Positions 58,832 through 64,000 of a stretch of 64,000 nucleotides of DNA are shown here, in pieces. How positions within the stretch are numbered: the first letter of the stretch is position 1; the number at the start of each line of letters is the position of its first letter. Below the pieces are notes generated by a model. The model was not told the origin of the DNA and ran no database searches. It worked only from the letters and a program-made list of their open reading frames with translations. The stretch is from Planctomycetota bacterium. GTDB lineage: Bacteria > Planctomycetota > UBA8108 > SXIK01. The stretch covers positions 672,001 to 736,000 of the forward strand of contig OZ244999.1 in the NCBI GenBank assembly GCA_965223265.1. The letters run 5' to 3'. The position numbers and the translations under genes are program-made.

Positions 58832-59341
58832 ATGGGTTCCGCGGCGGTGGCGATGACACATGGAAACGTTGGATTGTAGCACCACCGTCGTCGCTGACCA
58901 GCGGCGAAAACTTTGGCCGCGCTGGGCGCCGGAGTCGCCCTTGCCGCGTTCGTCAGCCCACACGACTTCGCTTTTTATTGGGGGCTCCAGGCAGGCGCAG
59001 CTTGACCCGACGACAAGTCACAGCGTTTCGTCGAGGACGGCTCCACGGTCCGAAGGCACCGCCGTTTGTGGCCACGCGGCCAGCCGATTCTCCGCGCGCT
59101 CTTCAGCGACCCGGACTTTCGCGGTAGGGCCGGGAAAGGCGCAACCATCGACGATTCCGAACTGCGCTCACGAGCTGGGGGGCTCGCTCGTGAGAGGACC
59201 GGTGGGCTTGGGTCGAAGACGGATTCCGAACAGCGAGTCGCTGCTCGTCGCTCGAAATCGCCGTATGGCTGCTTCTTGCTTCAGATCTCGGAAGGGCGAT
59301 CGATTCCACTCCAGAAATCAGTTAGTACTTTTACTTTCTAT

Positions 59342-59359
59342 CTGTCACCGTTTTGTCAC
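59342..59359 (+). promoter_or_regulatory. PHO-box-like direct repeat (OmpR/PhoB-family site?)
   Basis: CTGTCAC-CGTT-TTGTCAC with 11-bp period, next to an AT-rich patch. Confidence 0.35.
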
Positions 59360-59450
59360 GAGCCGAGAAACTTTTTTCACGCTCGTACCGACACCATTTG
59401 CTCGGTGGGATCGACCGCAAGTGCCTGATCGGGGAAGAGTTCGGCGCCGG

Positions 59451-59732
59451 TCACTGCCGCTCGTTGAGCGGTGTTTGCGGCTCGGTGATGACTGGGTGTT
59501 TGGGAGCTTCTAGGGCGTTGTCGGCGATGTAGAAACGCCATCGCTCGGGGACGTCGTCGTGCGAGAAGATGGCTGATACCGGACACTCCGGCACGCACAC
59601 CGCACAGTCAATGCAGACGTCGGGGTGGATGTACAACATGCGCTGCGCGGCGTGGAAGCAGTCCACTGGGCACACGGCGACGCAGTCCGTGTAGCGACAG
59701 TCGAGGCAAGGTTCACAAACGACGTGTGGCAT
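59451..59732 (-). CDS. fdxA: 7Fe-type ferredoxin
   Basis: CLDCRYTDCVAVCPVDC and CIDCAVCVPECP, same spacing as Azotobacter ferredoxin I. Confidence 0.92.
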   Translation of the reverse strand: MPHVVCEPCLDCRYTDCVAVCPVDCFHAAQRMLYIHPDVCIDCAVCVPECPVSAIFSHDDVPERWRFYIADNALEAPKHPVITEPQTPLNERQ

Positions 59733-59774
59733 GAGGGCGATCGTACCACGTCCGTGTCAGGTCGTCCGAGTTAG

Positions 59775-59924
59775 CTCGCATTTCTCACAAGGTTCCTACT
59801 GCGGCACCGTAAGTCGCGCTTTCGTCCTCCCTCCTCGGTCGGACTCAATGGTCGAATCGCAAAGCCTTCCTTGCCACGACACGACTTGCGGCACGTCGCT
59901 ACGAAATCTTGTGAGAAATGCGGG
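59775..59924. mobile_element. MITE family B, copy 2 (inverted relative to copy 1)
   Basis: Ends CTCGCATTTCTCACAAG...CTTGTGAGAAATGCGGG; internal sequence is the reverse complement of most of 30585-30783. Confidence 0.88.
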
Positions 59925-59934
59925 CCTAGCCTAG

Positions 59935-60113
59935 CAGCCCGTTGAAAAAAGTCATTCGGCCGAAGAAACTGGCCTCTTCACGCCCAGCTCGACCGCGTCA
60001 ATACTCGCCATCAGAATCGAAAGAAGAGGGCCCGAAGATTGCCTCCGTTTGCCGCAGCCGATCTGGACGCGAAGAGACCAGTTTTCGGCTCGAAGCACTT
60101 TTTCAACAGGCTG
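59935..60113. mobile_element. MITE family A, copy 2
   Basis: CAGCCCGTTGAAAAAA...TTTTTCAACAGGCTG with CTAG on both sides; right arm nearly identical to copy 1. Confidence 0.9.
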
Positions 60114-60395
60114 CTAGCCGCTCAAGCGTTCTTTGTGCAGCGACGAACTCAGTGGGCTGCGCGAGGTTGAACGCACACGCCAGCACTCGACCGCCATTTG
60201 CTGCAGTAAAGAGACGACGTCGGAGACGTGCGCGTTCTGCGTTTTCGTCAACACCCACGAACCGTCGGGCTGCTGCGTGACGATGTCCTCGCACTGCGGG
60301 CAAAGATAGAACAGATATTCGCTACCGTCGCTGACGACCTGAGCGCTGGCGCGTAGCCGACAGGAGCAGCCGGGGCATTTGGGCTTCTGGGTCAT
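60114..60395 (-). CDS. Small putative zinc-ribbon protein (93 aa)
   Basis: MTQKPKCPGC...YLCPQCE; ATG 60395 preceded by GAGGA; part of track ORF 60114..60584. Confidence 0.6.
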   Translation of the reverse strand: MTQKPKCPGCSCRLRASAQVVSDGSEYLFYLCPQCEDIVTQQPDGSWVLTKTQNAHVSDVVSLLQQMAVECWRVRSTSRSPLSSSLHKERLSG

Positions 60396-60898
60396 CCGAA
60401 AATCCTCGTCGTGGCGTTCGTGTACAGTTGCCCGCATCCTCGCGTCGAACGTCGAGCGTCGTGGCGGCAACGAGGCGCGACGGGCGCCGCCCAAGAAGAA
60501 TACGATGATCCGTCGCGCGGCGTCGGCCGAACTTGCCGCCGAGGTGCTGAATGCGTCGTCTGGCCGCGCGGATTTACCGCACATTGCCCCTTGTTTCGGG
60601 GTTGGATTCGTCTAAAATCAGCTGCTTCCGCGCTCTCGCGGTCAGCTCTCATCGAGAGCTAATGATCGCCGCCCGCGTTCGGTTGCGTCGCCTGAGGAAC
60701 CGTTGGCGGCCTCGAACTTCGCGGTGCGGTGGCGGTGCTGTAATCGGCGCTGTAGAAGAGTGCGCGAGGCGCAGGAAAAGAAGAGCGGAGAATGAGGTCT
60801 CACGACTCGGCGCCGCTGCCTCGAGAGTCGTCGTCATGCACGACGGCAAGACCTGTCGAATCAACCGCCTCTGAAAGAGAATACGAGAAAGGACACTT

Positions 60899-63868
60899 AT
60901 GGCACGGAAGCACAAGTATGTTTACTCCTTCGGTGGCGGAAAAGCTGAGGGACAGGGCTCGATGCGGGAGCTGCTCGGCGGCAAGGGCGCGAACCTCGCT
61001 GAGATGGCTGGGCACCCGCGGCTACGATTACCTGTGCCTCCGGGTTTCACGATCTCCACTGAGGTGTGCTCATACTACTATGCTCACCGTCGCCGTTACC
61101 CGACCGAATTGAAGTCTCAGGTCGAGGCGGCCGTCAAGCGCGTTGCGCGCGTCATCGGCAGGAAATTTGGCGATCCGAAGAATCCGCTCCTTTGGTCCGT
61201 GCGATCAGGAGCTCGCGTCTCCATGCCTGGAATGATGGAGACGGTTCTCAACATCGGTTTGACTTCCAAGACGATCCCCGGACTCGTTGCGCAGACGGGC
61301 GGCAACGAGCGGTTTGTGTACGATGCCTACCGCCGGCTGATCACCATGTACTCGGACGTCGTAATGGAGAAGGCCGCTGGCATCGAGCCGGAGGAAGGCA
61401 AGGGAGTCCGTCGACTGCTCGACGTGCACCTTGAGTCGCGTAAGCGATCCATCGGGGTCGAGGAAGATACCGACCTCAGCGCCGTCGATTTGAAGCAACT
61501 GTGCGACGAGTACAAGGTGATGGTGCGCGACGTTCTCGGCAAGCCCTTCCCTGACAACGCTGAGCGCCAACTTTGGGGGGCGATTGGAGCTGTCTTCGCA
61601 TCGTGGAACGGCAAACGCGCGATCGCCTACCGCAATATCGAATCCATCCCTCACGAGTGGGGTACCGCGGTCAACGTTCAGTCCATGGTGTTCGGCAACA
61701 TGGGCGAGGACTGTGCCACGGGCGTGGCGTTCACCCGCGACCCCGGTACCGGCTCCAAGTTCTTCTACGGCGAATACCTCATCAACGCCCAGGGTGAGGA
61801 TGTCGTTGCGGGAATCCGAACGCCATCGCCGATCAATGCTGCTTCCGCTGGCGATCAGAACAGTGACCAGATTACGCTCGAAGAGGTGATGCCGAAGGCG
61901 TATCGCCAGCTCAACGCGATCCAGAAACGACTCGAGAAGCACTATCGTGACATGCAGGACATTGAGTTCACGATAGAGCGCGGACACCTGTACATGCTGC
62001 AGTGCCGCGTCGGTAAGCGGAATGGCCGTGCAGCCGTCAAAATGGCCGTGGATATGGTGCGCGAACGCCTGATCAAGCCGAACGAGGCGATCATGCGTGT
62101 GACCGCGAGTCAGCTCGACGAGCTTCTGCATCCGATCTTGGATCCACAGGTGGAGCGAGAGACCACACCGGTGGCGAAGGGGTTGCCAGCAGGCCCGGGC
62201 GGCGCCTGCGGTTCGATTGTATTCACTGCCGACGCTGCCGTGCGCGAGTACGCCCGTGGCAAGGACGTGATTCTGGTTCGCGACGAAACCAACCCGGAAG
62301 ACGTGGAAGGAATGCGAGCCTCACAGGCGATCCTTACGTCGCGTGGTGGTATGACGTCGCATGCGGCGCTTGTGGCGCGAGGTTGGGGGAAGTGCTGCAT
62401 CGTCGGCTGTGGGAGCGCGGACGTCGACGTCGAAGGCAAGACGATGACTGTGGGCGGTCGTGTCTTTCGTGAAGGGGACGAGCTGAGCCTGAACGGCAGC
62501 AGCGGCGTCGTCTATGCGGGCCGTCTGCCCATGGTCGACGCGACGACAAATGACACGACGTTGAATGCGTTTCTTGCGCTGTGTGACAAGCTGCGTCGGC
62601 TCAAGGTGCGCGCCAACGCCGACACCACTGAGGACGCCGAGCGAGCGCGTGCGTTCGGGGCGGAAGGGATCGGCCTCTTCCGGACTGAGCACATGTTCTA
62701 CGGCGAGAACTCCGACGTGCCCCTGCAGATCCTCCGCAAGATGATTTTCGCGCAGGATGCGGATTCTCGCCGCAGCGCTTTGGCGGAGCTTTTTCCGTAC
62801 GTCAAGAACGACGTGCAGGCGACGCTCGCGGCAATGGACGGTCATCCGGTGACGATTCGTCTGCTCGATCCACCGCTGCACGAATTCGTTCCGCACGACT
62901 TGGAGAAGCTTCGCGGGCTCGCAGACGAGATTGGCATCTCTCTTGACGAGGCGCGCAGGCGTGCAGATGCTCTCCGTGAGTCGAATCCGATGATGGGGCA
63001 TCGCGGCGTCCGCCTTGGCATCACTTTTCCCGAGGTGACGGAGATGCAGGTGCGTGCCATCTTCGAGGCGGCTGCCGAGCTGCTGGCGCGGAAGCAAAAA
63101 GTTTTCCCTGAGATCATGGTGCCGGTCGTAGTGACGTCGAAGGAGCTCGAGATGAAGTACGAGCTCATCACGCGCGTCTACAAAGAGGTATTGGTCTCGA
63201 AGGCGATCAAGAAGATCCCGCATCTCGTTGGCACGATGGTCGAGATTCCTCGTGCCGCTCTAGCGGCCGGGGAGCTTGCCGATCATGCCGAGTTCTTTTC
63301 GTTTGGTACGAACGATCTCACGCAGATGACATTCGGTTTCTCCCGCGACGATACCGGCGCGTTCCTGCCCGATTACATCGCGCGTGGAATTCTGCCGAAC
63401 GACCCGTTCCAGGTACTGGATCAAAAGCGCGTCGGAGAGCTCGTCCGAATTGGCATCGAGCGCGGTCGAGCGACGCGACCGAAGTTGAAGGTCGGCATCT
63501 GCGGTGAACACGGTGGGGATCCCGAGTCGGTGCGTTTTTTCCACAACGCTGGCATGGACTACGTCTCCTGTTCGCCGTTTCGCATTCCGATCGCACGCCT
63601 CGCGTCGGCTCAGGCGGTTGTCGAGGCAGCAAGAGACAGCAAGGCCTCCGCTTCCAAGTCTCGCGCGAAGCCGCGCAAGAAGACAAAGAAAGCGGCTTCA
63701 AAAACGAAAACCAAGACGAGCCGCAAGACGAGCAAGGCCAAGAAAAAGCGTCCGGTGACGTCAGCACGTGCACGTGCGACGGCACGCGTGGTAGCGAAGA
63801 AGAGCAAGAACGGCGCCCGCAAGAGCGGGAAGAAAGGACGCAAGCGGGCGGTCGTGAAATCGCGCTGA
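60899..63868 (+). CDS. ppdK: Pyruvate, phosphate dikinase with basic C-terminal extension
   Basis: LLGGKGANL, SVRSGA..SMPGMM, GGMTSHAA, GIGLFRTEHMF, FSFGTNDLTQ, GICGEHGG. Confidence 0.97.
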   Translation: MARKHKYVYSFGGGKAEGQGSMRELLGGKGANLAEMAGHPRLRLPVPPGFTISTEVCSYYYAHRRRYPTELKSQVEAAVKRVARVIGRKFGDPKNPLLWSVRSGARVSMPGMMETVLNIGLTSKTIPGLVAQTGGNERFVYDAYRRLITMYSDVVMEKAAGIEPEEGKGVRRLLDVHLESRKRSIGVEEDTDLSAVDLKQLCDEYKVMVRDVLGKPFPDNAERQLWGAIGAVFASWNGKRAIAYRNIESIPHEWGTAVNVQSMVFGNMGEDCATGVAFTRDPGTGSKFFYGEYLINAQGEDVVAGIRTPSPINAASAGDQNSDQITLEEVMPKAYRQLNAIQKRLEKHYRDMQDIEFTIERGHLYMLQCRVGKRNGRAAVKMAVDMVRERLIKPNEAIMRVTASQLDELLHPILDPQVERETTPVAKGLPAGPGGACGSIVFTADAAVREYARGKDVILVRDETNPEDVEGMRASQAILTSRGGMTSHAALVARGWGKCCIVGCGSADVDVEGKTMTVGGRVFREGDELSLNGSSGVVYAGRLPMVDATTNDTTLNAFLALCDKLRRLKVRANADTTEDAERARAFGAEGIGLFRTEHMFYGENSDVPLQILRKMIFAQDADSRRSALAELFPYVKNDVQATLAAMDGHPVTIRLLDPPLHEFVPHDLEKLRGLADEIGISLDEARRRADALRESNPMMGHRGVRLGITFPEVTEMQVRAIFEAAAELLARKQKVFPEIMVPVVVTSKELEMKYELITRVYKEVLVSKAIKKIPHLVGTMVEIPRAALAAGELADHAEFFSFGTNDLTQMTFGFSRDDTGAFLPDYIARGILPNDPFQVLDQKRVGELVRIGIERGRATRPKLKVGICGEHGGDPESVRFFHNAGMDYVSCSPFRIPIARLASAQAVVEAARDSKASASKSRAKPRKKTKKAASKTKTKTSRKTSKAKKKRPVTSARARATARVVAKKSKNGARKSGKKGRKRAVVKSR

Positions 63869-64000
63869 CTGGCTGCTGCCGCGACTCCCTGCGCTCCTCA
63901 AAAAGCGAACGACTTGGCGTGGGCCGCCACCCGAGCTTCAGTGCCGAGAAGCGAGGCGAGTCGCACGTCGGCTGGGGCGACAGTCAGCCGAGAGCGAGAA

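Noticed and set aside
58870-58895. T-box-like GGTGG upstream of proB
   Set aside because: Reads GGTGGTGCTAC rather than TGGNACC, and no terminator/antiterminator pair is evident.
58860-59513. 217-aa plus-strand ORF in the proB-fdxA gap
   Set aside because: Arg/Ser/Pro-rich, no motifs, overlaps the 3' end of fdxA; probably spurious.

Overview
GC-rich bacterial chromosomal window, most likely from an uncultured Planctomycetota genome (DUF1501 + DUF1549/DUF1553 pair, CRTAC1/ASPIC-UnbV protein, five secreted proteins ending in the F-x-R-G-D-x-N dockerin-like module). About 33 CDS can be supported: housekeeping genes (fabF, polA, proB, ppdK, fdxA, ogt, ALDH7-type dehydrogenase, NamZ, MoxR-DUF58-transglutaminase operon, NatAB-like ABC exporter) mixed with lineage-specific secreted proteins. 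No rRNA, tRNA, CRISPR array or transposase gene was recognised. The most notable items are: (1) three intact secreted lamin-tail/CotH-kinase/dockerin proteins plus two other dockerin-tailed proteins, three of the five flanking a 1790-aa kinase-STAND-like NTPase-TPR-GAF-sigma54 activator with a candidate -24/-12 promoter downstream; (2) two MITE families with two copies each that co-localise at CTAG-like sites; (3) two unrelated proteins (a HEAT-repeat protein and PPDK) with histone-H1-like basic tails; (4) several intergenic arrays of degenerate short repeats, GTAG-type REPs, a perfect FNR-type box and a possible structured leader RNA. All product names come from motif recognition by eye; no database searches were run.
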